Shown one piece after another: positions 1 through 13,014 of a DNA stretch of 64,000 nucleotides (its first letter is position 1; every line of letters begins with the position of its first letter). Both the position numbers and the translations under genes were made by a program. The notes under the pieces are model-generated. The model did no database searches. It was given only the letters and a program-made list of their open reading frames with translations, and was not told the origin of the DNA. The DNA comes from Diadema antillarum (taxonomy: Eukaryota), in contig NW_027271164.1 of assembly GCF_040938485.1 (NCBI RefSeq), positions 930,001 to 994,000 on the forward strand. Direction: 5' to 3'.

Positions 1-1176
1 CGTCTCCAAAGTTGGGGTTTTACTTTAATTTGATATGCTTTGTGCAGTACCACCAGAAGTTGCATAGTCAGATTCTGTAGAATTCAGCGATCGTGTTATC
101 ACTTGGAAATGTACACTAAAGAAACATGGGCGTCAGCATTAAAAAAAAATGGCATGAAGAGAGGCTTTGATTGGTATTCCTCGTGTAATCTTCGCTTCAT
201 AAAACAGAGTGGGAGTCTGGAGATTGCTGGTGAATGCACAAGTAGCTGGTGCGGTTTTGTGGGCGACTGACATTGTAATCCGTTTATCAGTCAATGTGGC
301 CAGCGTGACAAAATGGGATTTTGCCCAAAATCATGCTAAATTGGCATGAAATGCATGCATCATCTCAACCAAGGAGAAAGAAAAAATACCCATTCTCTGG
401 CTAAATCGGCTGACAAGGGTCCTCATACGTTATCGCACAAAAGCGGGTGACAAAAAGAATGGTCTTCAGATTTTGCATGCCAATTCTATCGACAAATCAA
501 CTGAAGAAAAAAAAAAACCGAACCTTTGTTTCTGTCATGCAATCACGATGTTGGGTACGCATTCGCATATTCACAAAAAAAAAGAAAAAAAAAGGAATTG
601 CTCTATCGATAATGGAAATATGCAAACTAAAACAACCACGCCAGACATTAGACATAACAAAGAATAAAGTAGTTTGTTTTATATGCTATCCAAGTGCTTT
701 ATATACCAACTTTCCAAAATAGTGTATCCCTCTCAGCTTTATGAATAATACATCAGCCGGGAAGTTGGTTTTCTAGTATGCAAGACTTTTTTTTTCTTTT
801 TGTATTCTTGTCGGATAGCATATATCAAATTGATGTTCACAACAAGAACAACAACATTAATTACGATTACATTGATAACGAGAGTGGCAACAAATATGAC
901 GAGTTTCACTGCAGTGCGCTGTAATTGTGAGGATGGGTGACTTAAAAAAAAAGGAACAACGTCAAGAAAGGCGTAATGCAGTTGATATCTGATTTATTCC
1001 AAAGTTACATTACTGAATGCCTCTGGCAAAAATAACCCATTTAATCTAATAATAAGAGGAAAAATTAAGCCACAAAATGTCAAGATTTTCTTTCTCACAC
1101 AATCCTAGCTTGAGTGTATCTTTTCCGATATATATCTCTTTTATTAACTTTCAGTCGCAAGCATCGGAAAGTGAGG

Positions 1177-1240
1177 GAGCCTGCGGTATTGTGGATAAGG
1201 CTCAAGACACTGGAACAGGAGGTCATGGGTTCGAATTTTT
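1177..1240 (+). mobile_element. Degenerate tRNA-derived SINE head
   Basis: A-box-like TATTGTGGATAAGG and B-box GGGTTCGAATT at tRNA-like spacing; no cloverleaf acceptor stem. Confidence 0.4.
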
Positions 1241-2277
1241 GTCATTTTGTTTGAATTACTGCTACATTGCAATGAAATAAATTAAATCGAATCGGTCCGG
1301 ATGCATGGGTCACAGACACAAAGACACGCATACTCGTTACGGTGTCATGCAAGGGTCTGTGCGACATGCTGAACACAATATACGCCAACCTTCCACGTCA
1401 CAGCATGATGTTACACTTGCGTTCAGTGGCAACATAACAATATAGAAAGAAAGATAAAAATTACACTGTATTGTATAGCATGAAAATCATAACTTCCTTC
1501 AGGCACAATATTTTGTGGGTAGGAAAGGAGTCTCATGGAGAAAGTTTCAAGTTGACCCCATCAGATCTCAGTTTAGGGCACCCGATAAGACAGAACTCTG
1601 CCTGGCCAGGACGAAGCGGAGCCCACGGGATGGAAACGTTAGAATCTTAAGCGACGCAGATCACAACATGCTTACCTTCACATTGCAGTCTATGGACATC
1701 AATGCCGCAACTACGGCTGAACAATAAAGAAATCTTTCAATGCGAGAGTGAGAATTTCGTCCCATCTTCTACCCCTCAACCACCTCCCCCCCCCCCCCCC
1801 CCCACACACACCCTTTCGCGGCCTCAAACAGGGGGTCTGCTGGAGTGTGATGGGGAGCCTAAAAGGGGTGAAAGAAATGGGCGCCACGCATCGTGGGAAG
1901 CAACTGACACGAGAGGAGATCTGATCCTTTTTTTTCCTTTCACTTATTTTGCGCTTCGTGCTTTACGTGTTGATCCATTAAGACCAGCTTACAAGGCAGA
2001 GATGGGGAAAGTTATTGATAATGCTGTCAGCGGGCTCTTCGTGCTTCCAGTAGAAATAGTTCATCATCAGGGCTTCGCGGCGTGTTGCCTTTCCTCGGCG
2101 TTTATCATCCGTTGACACACGAACTCGGATGAGCGGGAAAGCAGTTCGATCTACGATGAACTCATGGCGTGTATGCACGCAGTGCTCCAAACACAGTTCA
2201 AAATAATATTCACAATGATAAGTCGAGGTACGAAATGAGTAAAGTAATAGTGAGCAGCTAATAGTAGATGTTATAAT

Positions 2278-2420
2278 GGGAGCACTGTGGCATAGTGGAT
2301 ACGACTCCTGACTCCCAATCAGAGGACCCGAGTTCGAATCCAGTCCAGTGCTTACGTCCTCGGACAAGATGTTTTTAACTACCACATCCCTCTCGACCAG
2401 GTGTATAAATGGGTAAATCT
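2278..2420 (+). mobile_element. tRNA-derived SINE (head plus core-like segment)
   Basis: A box TGGCATAGTGG and B box GAGTTCGAATCC, then CTCGGACAAGAT...CCAGGTGTATAAATGGGTA. A related copy lies on the minus strand at ~10100-10222. Confidence 0.7.
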
Positions 2421-2864
2421 AAAGCAAGACTTACCTTTAATATAAACAACTCCAGATGTTGGTGAGCCAATTTCCCTTTAGTTATCATTCTTTTTGCACG
2501 TATGGTAAATATGAGCACTGTTTTTCTGATATACCATTTCTTTTCTTTTTTGGTCTTGAATTACAAAAGTTTTCAATCTATCTATGATTCTCTTTCTCCA
2601 CCCAATTTTAGCTATGATTTTTAAGTAAGGCAACCTCCTCGACTTTGCCGGAAGCTAAAACATTTTTACTTCGCCGCACTTTCACCAAAAGAATAAATTG
2701 CTTGGCGTTTGGGTTACGCCTGCCACTTTTACTTAATCAACTTGTACATACCGCCGAAACTAAAACCTGTGGAATTTCGTGACATTCAATTCCCCATTCC
2801 TTTATAATCAAAGCATCAACTTCACCGCTTTTATCATTTTACGCCTGTGAGAACAGGGTCCCTT

Positions 2865-3248
2865 TTAAAGGGATGGTTTAGTTCCGGTTGAGGTGGGGCT
2901 TCAAGTTTCCAACTTTTTTGTGAGATGATGAGAAACCTCTTATGAAATATGAAAGAGAATATAATTCTATGAGGAATTCAAAGTTTATTTTATGAAAATT
3001 GGTTTTGAAATGACTGAGATACCAAAAACAAAGCAATCCTAGTGAAAGACGGGATCCAACTTTTATTATAGGATCACTTTGTTTTACTTTGTTGTTAGAT
3101 GTCTCAGCTATTTCATCAATTAAACTATGAATTCCTCTGAGAATTGTATGGTCTTTAACATTTTATATAGTGGTTTCTAAGAAGGTCCTATCTCGCAAAA
3201 GGTTATAAGGTAAATCCTCATCTAACCAATACTATACTATCCATTTAA
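2865..3248. mobile_element. TTAA-flanked MITE (Kolobok-like)
   Basis: Starts TTAAAGGGATGGTTTAGTTCCGGTTGAGG; the reverse complement of the end reads TTAAATGGATAGTATAGTATTGGTTAGATGAGG (imperfect TIR). Confidence 0.55.
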
Positions 3249-6200
3249 TGACATATGGTAATTTTCTATGAGTCAGAATCTGTCTGGAAATCAGCGGTTT
3301 ACCTTGAATGGATCCCGGCATACAATATTTAATTGAAACTCTCGTTATAGCTGCCGAATGAAGGCTGAAACTCAAATACAATTCAGGATGATGATATTGA
3401 AAAGACTGTCTACATGTCAATCGCTGCATGAGTGATAGACACGGTAGATGTTTTGAATGTGTCATATCTCTCTCGCAATATGTCTGTAAAGCATTGTGTT
3501 TTGATACGTGAAGAAATTGATTGCAATGATTATTTTGATCGCCTCATAACTTTCCTATATGTGTGACCATATCTCCTTCTTGAAAGTGTCTATAATTGAC
3601 GCAAAACAAGAACTTTGACGAAAATTTTGGACAAAGACATCGATAGGCAAATTAAAGATATGAATCTTTTGGTAAAATTTATAACTTTCCTTTCTCTCGT
3701 GTGCGATTCATGATAAAACATTTACTTTTCAACTTGAACATGGAGTGGAATTAAATCTACATAATTTCACGTCTTGAGAACGGAGATGGCATGGGGTTTG
3801 TAAGATATCAGTAAATCTAACTTATTCGTTTCTATCTCATTTTTTCTCAAATGCGAGGAATTCAATCATGTCGCTTCTTATCTGTCTAATTCGAAAATAT
3901 TCTATGATTTTGTGATTTGGTTTTTCTCTGTGTGTGTGTGTGTGGGGGGGGGGGGGGGGTATGCGCGCACGCGTTTCATTTACCCATACGTTTCTGCCAT
4001 GATTTATTTAATTTTATGATAAATCACAATAGCTATGGAATGTGAACTAATACTACAATCACAGATGATAACATCATTCAAACAGTAAATGTTTTAGGTA
4101 GTATCTGAAAGCAGAAGCCTTGTACGTAATGATAGTGAGTCACGTTTATCTTGTTAATGGTCATCGGATTATATAATGTGTTTGAGGGAAGCAATGCAAG
4201 AGTCTTTGCAAACTTGCTAAGCCTATTCGAGCTTTTTGTAAGGCGGAAAACGAGAGCTGTTCTGTTAGAATCTCTTTCGATTTACCCTATACCTTCCGAT
4301 GTCCGCAGAGCTGACCCCCTGCGCTCAGCCCGACAAGGTGGCAGCGTAGTGCGGGCTTGGAGGCGATCACCTCGGAAAGGCAAACAACACAGTCGCGTGA
4401 ACCACAGCTCTCATCAAATATTAACCCTAACGATTCAATCAGAGTGGTTTCCGCGCTCATTGAGTACCCGGGGGATGCAATGATATGACATGGTCTGCAT
4501 ACTCAACGACTATCCGAGGGGCATTACCGGCAGTCCACACCAATTACCCGTCATCCGGCTCTTACTCTGTAGTTCGCCTTGTGTTAGCTTCGACACTTTT
4601 TCGGACGCTAAAGTGAATCTTCACAGAATTTTTAGAAGTTTGAATACCATAACAAGATATTTAACTAATGCCTCATTTAGTTTTGTTTATGCGACAATCG
4701 AAAAAAAAAATCATTTGAGAAAGGACTCGTAGAAGGGAAAAGACATACTTCATGAAAACACATTGAACGACCATTCTTTAACTGTCTTGTTATCCAGGTA
4801 ATAACGGACCGAGTGTGCATGGATCTTGAGTCTTAAAATACAGAAAATTATCTACTTGATGATGCGAGCTCTGATAAAAGTTCGCGCCCGCGTATGAAGT
4901 GACAAAATAATGCACAATGGTGGCGTCACTTTAAATTTGCCGCGGTTTCGCTAATGATTTAATGTTCCAGAGTAACGAAATGAGTAACGTGACAATTAAC
5001 TACGTCATCAAAGGAAAGAGTTAATACGAAACAAGGTTATAAGCATTTCAAATGAAATGAAAATAAATGTAATGATGGCGTCGGAAATATCATTAAAGAA
5101 AAATCATGTCAAACGCAACACTCACTTAGAGAAAATAAAATATAACCAGTACAAAATCGACGTTTGAAAAACATAAAGAGGAGAACAACTTCCGTGCCAT
5201 GTAGTTGATTAGACATAGAAAATGTAACAGTCTTCAAATATCATAGTAACCTAATGCCGTACTGTTTGAATGCACCAAAAAAAGAACGATAGCGGAATGA
5301 AAATGCTGAAAAATAAAAGCAAAGATTCCACTGCCCCTCACACACAAGATTGACCAAAATGGTTTAGGACGAAAAGGAAGGGAGTTTTCACCTGACCTCT
5401 CAAGGAACTATAATGTTGCGCATTATAGAGGGCATTAGTAAGAATTATCCACCCAATAGCTTTGGAACAGTCTGTACCAGGCGAAGCAATTATTATGAAG
5501 TATGATATGCGATGCAGCCGAGGGCAGATGATATTTATACCCTGGATATTAACAGGTAATGACACATCTCGACCAAAGATAGTTTCGGTAGAATATTACA
5601 TTTTTGCCCGTAGATCATCCATATTTAACACTTCATTTGCCAATCATCTATATGGTCCTAGAGGATAATACTCGAGGTCTATGATGGACTTGTCAAGGCT
5701 TTTGTAGATTACGGCAAGCCAACTGAATGAACAAAAGTCACGTATTTGATCAAAGATATCTCTGAGCGGTCGTTAGTACCCGTCATTAGTACCAGTCACT
5801 AGTTAAAACTTATGCCCGCTGAGCATTTTTGGCAAAATGAAAGACTGGTCACATGATTGCTCTCAACCAATCATTTGATTAGGATCCATATGGCCATTTT
5901 ATAACAAGTCTTATCTTTCTAGATTTAATTCTGGTATTCGATGAAACGATAAGAATTATTGTCACATGCTGTGATAACCTTTCTTACGTTCACCGGTAGA
6001 AAGGTATAAACAAAATTGGCACCTTTGATAACCATTATGCTTTAATCTTGACCAAAGTTCAGAGCTTCCTTATAATTTGGCACCCAGTAGCGCTACTACG
6101 AAACGTCGCAGATATCATACTCGCATGATTCGAAGATGGAGCATCGTTTATCAGTGCGATGACGTATCGCCAGTCAATAAATTACCACAGCTGCCCTAAC

Positions 6201-8059
6201 TTTGACTCGTTTCTTGGAATCAGTCCTCGAGAGATTTGTTATTCGATCCGAAAATAAATCTTTGAAATCAAAATGATTCTAAGGAGGGGGAGGGGTGGAA
6301 GAGGTATACCAATAATGGAATTTAAGGACACTTGTCACTCGTCGGTTGTTAATATTCTTTAGGAAATGCGAAATAAGATGAAGAATGAAAAATGAGGCCA
6401 AAAATTTACCTTTCCACAGATATCAAAACCTATTTATTGGCTCTAAAATATGAAAGTATGATGACCAAGAGTGACAATACTTTTTTCATGCTCTTTTACA
6501 TCTGCATGACTTTGTGAAGGGAAATTTAGATTTGGCTGATATCGCCAATTTCAGGAGGAAATGTAAAACATTTTGACATATTTGTTGCAACTGTTGAGCT
6601 GAGGGGCGGTTGATGAAAAGACAATTAATAGCAGAGTAACAGAGACGTTTGCCATTCGACACTTACATCACTTGAGTTCATAATGGTTTGTGGTGCAACA
6701 CTTTCGGGCATTACAATCACATGGTCTGTGTAATTTGTAAGAATTGGTCTTCAGTTGAAATGACTACTTTGTTAGTTTTTAGGGAAATGTTCGAATACTG
6801 TTTGTCGTATGTGTATGGGGGGGGGGGGGGAGGAGGTGAGTGTGAGTGCCAGGGGGTTATCAAGTTATCCAAACAAAAAAAAAAAAGTGGCGTAAGGTGG
6901 GATGTTTCTGTTAAATTTTTCCAAATGTAGACGAACAAATATACTCTTGGCCTAAGAACAAATAAACCAACAAAAAAAAATGTTAAAAACTGATAGTGAC
7001 GTGTTATGATTGGACAACCACGAAGCGCAATGACCGCCTGAAGTTGAATGAGACGTAATGTTACCGTTAGTGCGCGTGCGCGTTTCATGTCTGTCACCCA
7101 ATACGTTTGTTCAAGAGCCAGCATGCTCAGCCTGTACCTGTCAACTTGTTCGGTCACAGTTCTCAAGTCTTTTGTGGATCAATTCCCAGCATGCCCTTGT
7201 TGAGTTCCCTCGGAGAGAAACGGTATCGTGTTGCAGGCTCGACTTCCGTCGCCCGCTAGGTGTGACTCGCTCTCTCCCTCTCTCAGACGTTAGGTTGCTT
7301 CATCTACTCTCCAAACGGCGCGCCGCGGCGGGGGAAAAAAGGATCACCTTTCTTTGGTCACATTACACTCTTCTCTTCCTCTCGCTAATGACAAGACACA
7401 CACAGATTAGATTAATATTTACGGTATCACAGCATCTCTCACCGTCGCTGTCGTATCAAGCGCGAGCTTGAGAAGATGCTCAGGTGGCATGTAGGAATCA
7501 TATTGTTGAAACAAAGGCCTATGATTGATTTTTAATCAGCCAAGACTGTGATCGTGTAATGCGGGTAAGCCTTGGGAACAAATAACCTTCTTCAGCTTTA
7601 TGATAACTTTCACATCTCTCTTTACACCCACACGTACTTTACAGCGAGAGTAGTGTCATCCCTTCTCGCATTTCGCACAGGTGCGAACGAACCCAAGCAT
7701 GAAAAACTGAAGTAAGCAACTCATCGTAGACAATGTCGTTATTGTTGTACCAGTCCTGTTACTTGAGCTTAAGTTGAAAAAAAAAATGCTCCTCTCATCA
7801 CAAAATATCTGAAGTTTGATGCTATGCTTTTTCTGATCTAATTTTCTGGTACGTTATTAAGTGAAAGTTTTACTGGTAATTAATGATAAGAAGTAGAAGT
7901 TGTAGTAATAATAATTATAATGATGATAATAACAAAATAAAGATGATGATGGTAATGATAAAGACTACATCAAAAATGATGTTTATTGTTATTCTCATTA
8001 AATGTATTGTTATCATCATCATCATCATTATCATCGTATAGTCATCGCATCATCGTCAT

Positions 8060-9685
8060 TATGTTGAAAAGCCGATGAATTTTATAAAATATTCATTTTC
8101 TCAGATTGGACATGATCTCGCCCAAAATATTCCATCTCACAAGAAACTTCAGGAATTCCTTCTATCACCTAATCTTCATTCATTCTACTTTGACCTGGCT
8201 GTTAGTTGTGATTCAAAAGATATCATTATAAATTTGGAAAACAAAAAGAAAAAAATGTACTGGACCCGTTGGTATTAATAACGTTTAGAGAATATAAATG
8301 AGAATACTGTTGAAATTCTAACTCATATCTTTACCTCATCATTAAGCAATGGTGTTGTCCCATTGCGAATTAAAATCAGCAAAGTAATTTCAGTAATAAG
8401 AAAAGTAGCAAAGAAGATATTTGTCATTATAAAATCATATCTTTGTTGTCTCCGATTTCTAAACTGTTGAAAAGCAGATTTCTCATTTGTAATGATATTT
8501 CTGATTCACAATTCGGAATTCGGAAAGATCATCATATTCTATCCAGTAAATTCTCTCCTTTGTTGAAAAAGTCGCCAAAGCTGTACAGACAGGTTTCACC
8601 ATACCCCATGTGGGTGTTTTCCTGGACCTCTCCAAGGCCTTCGATACCATTGATCATAAAATATTACTTCATGAATAATGTCACTATGGTATCCGCGTTA
8701 AGGCCTTGGATTGGTTCAGAAGCTACCTTGCCGATCGCAGATGATATGTTTCTTTATTTCGTCAGAATTGTAGCAAATAATCTGTTAATTGCTGGCGTTC
8801 CACGAGGCACCTCTTTTGCTCATTACGCACATAATGACATAAAAGAATAATAATCTTTTATGTCATTATGTGCAGTGGAATATATCATATTCTAATGTTT
8901 GAAGACGACTCAATCGTATCTCTTTCGCATCCAGATCTTCACACTCTGGTAAATATACCTTAAATTGCATTAGTGGATAAGTTCAAACAAATTGTCTTGA
9001 AACTTTCTCAAAACTAAGCGTATGTTATTTACTAACTATTTGAATAGTCTCCCCAATGATATAGTTTTAGATAATATAATAGTTATGGATAGAATTTCAT
9101 CAATGAAATTCATGGAACTTAAAATCGATAATGAACGTTTGTGGAATCTTCGTTCCGAGTTTGTCATTATAAAATCTCGTATTATAATCCTTTATAATCT
9201 TAAATTCTAACCAACTGTGTTCATCGTCACCCTCATAAAAATATTGCCTAAGTCAAAATTTTGCCACAATCAGGGTGTTTGTTTAGGGTTAGGCGGGTTT
9301 TTTTGTCTTAGTTTATGTGACTGAATTTTGTTATTTCGCTTTTTACGTATAACAGTATGCAATTTGTATTTTTACGTTTAGGGGAATGCACCATACACAC
9401 AGTACAAGCATTTTTTGGGCTTTTTTTTTATTTGGGGGGGGGGGGCTTTTTGTTTTATAGCATTCCTCCCCATTTATAGCATTTTCATATACTCAAATTG
9501 TTGTGCAAACTTTGTAATTTCTATTATTGTACATTTCAATGGTAATTTGTGCACCCAAATCCTGTACAAAATGCATATCTTATTGCTGGAAATGGAAAAA
9601 ATGAATGAATGAATGAATGAATGAATGAATGAATGAATGAATGAATGAACAATGAATGAATGAATGAATGAATTAATGAATAATT
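8060..9685 (+). pseudogene. Decayed CR1/L2-clade LINE reverse transcriptase fragment with (GAAT)n tail
   Basis: Frameshifted pieces read SQFGIRK, VGVFLDLSKAFDTIDHKILL, YGIRVKALDWFRSYLADR and GVPRGT. The (GAAT)n run is at ~9603-9680. Confidence 0.85.
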
Positions 9686-9699
9686 ACACTGAATGTCAG

Positions 9700-10222
9700 A
9701 AATGGTTTTAACAGCAGCAGTGGTAGTACATAAAATCAGTGAAGCCTCTTCGATGTGAGGAAAATCTCTATATCAGATGGACCTGTCAGTAATACGAACT
9801 TACATCGTTGTCAGGTCCCCATATGGCTGCTGTTCGTTATTCCGAAGGTTCGATATTCCGAAGGTTCGTTATTCCGAAGGTTCGTTAATTTCCGAAACAC
9901 ACAAATTCCTTATACCTAGAGGTTCGTTAATCCGAAAATGAAAAAGGGTTCGTTAATCCGAACATTTGTGGCGTTATTCCGAAGGTTCGTTATTCCGAAG
10001 ATTTGTTAATCCGAAAATGAAATTCGGAAAAACGAACCTTCGGAATAACGAATCTTCGGACTGAAGAGTCTTCGGAATAATGAGCTGTAACCCCCCATAT
10101 ATACGTCTGTGGTAAGAGGATGTGCGTACGCTATCTTGTCCGAGCATGTGCACGGTAGGCAGGATTCGAACTCGAGATCTCTTGTTTATAAGGCCTCGTC
10201 CGCTATACCACAGGGGTCCCAA
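9700..10222 (-). mobile_element. tRNA-derived SINE interrupted by the 9825-10092 MITE
   Basis: Minus strand reads CTGTGGTATAGCGG (A box), GAGTTCGAATCC (B box) and CTCGGACAAGAT as in the 2278 copy. The core-like TATATGGGG|ACCTG is split by the insertion. The left end is approximate. Confidence 0.6.
9825..10092. mobile_element. MITE with internal 16-bp repeats (GTTCGTTATTCCGAAG) and 8-bp TSD, Mutator-like by inference
   Basis: CCCCATAT occurs at 9817-9824 and 10093-10100. Termini are GG...CC. Direct repeats on the left flip to inverted copies (CTTCGGAATAACGAA) on the right. Confidence 0.7.
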
Positions 10223-10224
10223 GC

Positions 10225-10450
10225 AAGGTATTAAAGTAAAGGCTTGGTGACAAGGCGTTCATGTATGCTGCTCCGAAATTCTGGAATAATCTCCCTCTGT
10301 TTGTAAGGTAAGCAGCTACAGTTAATGAGTTTAAGACCAGGTTAAAAACTCGTCTTCTGAAAAATGTTATATACTCATGGTTCAAATTATCTACGTTATG
10401 ACTACTACTGTGTAATGCGCAGGAGAGCATGCTGTGCAACATGAATGTCC
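10225..10450 (+). pseudogene. 3' fragment of an L2/CR1 LINE ORF2
   Basis: Translates GDKAFMYAAPKFWNNLPLFVR*AATVNEFKTRLKTRLL, a typical LINE ORF2 C-terminus with an in-frame stop. Confidence 0.75.
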
Positions 10451-10451
10451 T

Positions 10452-13014
10452 TTATTAGGTGATCCGAGTATCCTCTCGGATCACCTTCTCTATCTGTACG
10501 GATTCTTTCTTCTTCTTTCTTTATTTCTCCCCAAAAGTTGTGCAGAGGTTAGCTCAGAAAGTGCTATTGATATGCCTATCAAGTTCAAACTTATACCATG
10601 TATGTATTGTGTCCCAAAGACGGCAATCAAACTAAAATCAAAGTGATCAGTCGACCGTGACGTCACTATGACGTCATTATATGAAAACACATTCTCAATC
10701 ATATCTCATTAATGGAATGGAGTTTTTCAATGAAATTTACGTCACATATATTTCAAGTCAAACGCATTCTACTCATATTCTAAAAAATTCATCTTTACCT
10801 TAAAACGTGCGCGTACGCGCGTGTTGAAATATTTGTATGCTCAAATCGAGCTGAAATTTTTTTTGCACACGTTTCAGACCATTTGGAGCATTTTTTGACA
10901 AATTGAAAAAATCGGACGGACGCGTACGCGCGCGCGCATATACGCACGCACAGCTCATATGCAATAGAAATTTCCAATTTCTTCACACGGATCGGATGTC
11001 TGAAATGTCAAGGTATATTTCTACCAAGTTTAAAGTCAATCCGACTCAATATGACGTCATACGGGCCAGTCAAAGTTGAAATTCCGCGCGCGCGTCAATG
11101 GCGATATACAGTGCAACTATGCCAAAAAATCGATGATTTTAAATCTGATTTTACTCGTCAGGATGAACGGTGACCCCCCCATTTTCTTTACATATTTTGA
11201 AAGCTGAAGAGTTGTACATGTCATTTCATGGGCTGGCTATGCTGACAAAATTATTAAAAGATATCAAATTTCTTAATAAAATAAAAAAAGTAAATTTTCA
11301 AAATGACGTCATCAAATTTCAAATTCACTCGGGCGTATCTCACTTAAATTTCGCCAATTTTCACCCAGATTTCAGTATGTTGTAGCTTATGAAATGTTCT
11401 TTCATTAATGTAAAAGCAACATTTTGATTGGATAACGTCATCACCTCGTAAAAATGGATTGAAAGTATCCTTGTAAGATTTGACCAGTTTACGTGTTATC
11501 TCTATGGGAGAGCAGTTTTTCTGGCAGTGAAAATTGACATGACTATCTTTTTCGAGCACTAGCTCACTTATGCTTCGGTGAATTTTTCCCAGATTTTAGT
11601 ATGTTGTAGCTGAGACTTTGGGCTATCGTAAGTGTGCCCTCCATTTTTTCATACGACGTCGGTATCACGTCGAAAAACTTGATTGAAAAATGGCACGTGG
11701 CTTCGATGCAACGTCATTTTGCTTAATACACAGGGCCTATGGAGCATGAAATAGGTCATTGCATAGCGCATCCGACTCGTAATCCTAAGGTCCCTGGTTC
11801 GAGGCTCACCCCTGCCAATATTTTTTTTAACACTTTTTCTTTAGTTAGTCTTAATCTCCTTTCCTAACTTTATCTTTTTCTGATTTTTTTCATGCTTCTC
11901 CTTCAAATTTCTATAAAAATAACATATTTTTTCTTTATTTTTCTTTCTTTCTACTACTTTCTGTGCAATAGATGAACAACAACAATGGCTATTAATCCCA
12001 TATTTTGCACATGTTTTGTTCATGTCACGTACATTATTTCATAAGATAACAATTACTTGATCGGACACCATCTTGGGTATGTAAAATAGGGTCAAAGGTC
12101 ATAAATGTTTCATCTTGTGTCTTGGTGAATACATGTCCTATCTCTCCCATACCTTGCACACGTAAAGACCATGTTACAAGAATCATTTCACAAAATCACC
12201 ACTTTTTTCTCAGATGCCAACTTGTCTGTGCAAATTGGGGTCAAAGGTCATATGTACTTCTTTCTTTATCTTCGTTATGACGTGTTATCTCTATGGGAGG
12301 GAATTTTTTTAAATGTGACAATTGACATGATTGTCTTTATTGAGCACTAGCTCACTTACCCTTCAGTGAATTTCTCCCAGATTTTAATATGTTGTAGCTG
12401 AGACTTTACGCTATCGAGAGTGTGCCTTCGTTTTTTATACAATGTCGGAATCATGTTAAAAACTTATCTTCGATGTATTGAGATATTTCTTTCTTTGTGC
12501 AACTTTCTTTGCAATAACTCAAGAAAAACAGCCCCTACCACCTCCATGTTTTGCACCTGTTTAGTTCATATCACGTACATTATTTCATAAAATTACAACT
12601 ACTTGATCGGACACCATCTTGGGTATGTAAAATAGGGTCAAAGGTCATAAATGTTTCATCTTGTGTCTTGGTGAATACATGTCCTATCTTTCCCATATTT
12701 TGCACACGCAAAGACCATATTGTGAGAATCATTTCACAAAATAACCACTTTTTCCTCAGATGCCATCTTGGGAGTGTAAAGGTGGGTCAAAGGTCATATG
12801 TATTTGTTGCTGTATCTTCGTTATCTAGTGAATACAGAATTAGTACCAAAGATGGCAGACATGACTCCCTTTTCTAAATGAGAATCCAAACATGACACGG
12901 CCAATGTCTCTAAACACAGATGAAACCTGTATGGTCATGCCTATTGCGATCATGATTCGAATCATTGATTAAAAAAAAATCGGATCACCTTAATTTGTCA
13001 GTAATGACAAATTA
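10452..13014 (+). mobile_element. DINE-1/Helentron-like non-autonomous rolling-circle element
   Basis: 5' subTIR AGGTGATCCGAG (10457-10468) pairs with its inverse at 10475-10486, followed by a pyrimidine simple repeat and internal duplications. 3' subTIR TCGGATCACCT (12980-12990) is followed by a perfect hairpin TAATTTGTCA-gtaa-TGACAAATTA (12991-13014). Confidence 0.7.

Noticed and set aside
9825-10092. CRISPR array
   Set aside because: Eukaryotic context, no unique spacers of regular length, repeats invert midway, flanked by a TSD, and no cas genes.
1177-11815. Functional tRNA genes at ~1177, ~2278, ~10170 and ~11741
   Set aside because: A and B boxes are present, but there are no complete acceptor or anticodon stems, and two copies continue into SINE body sequence.
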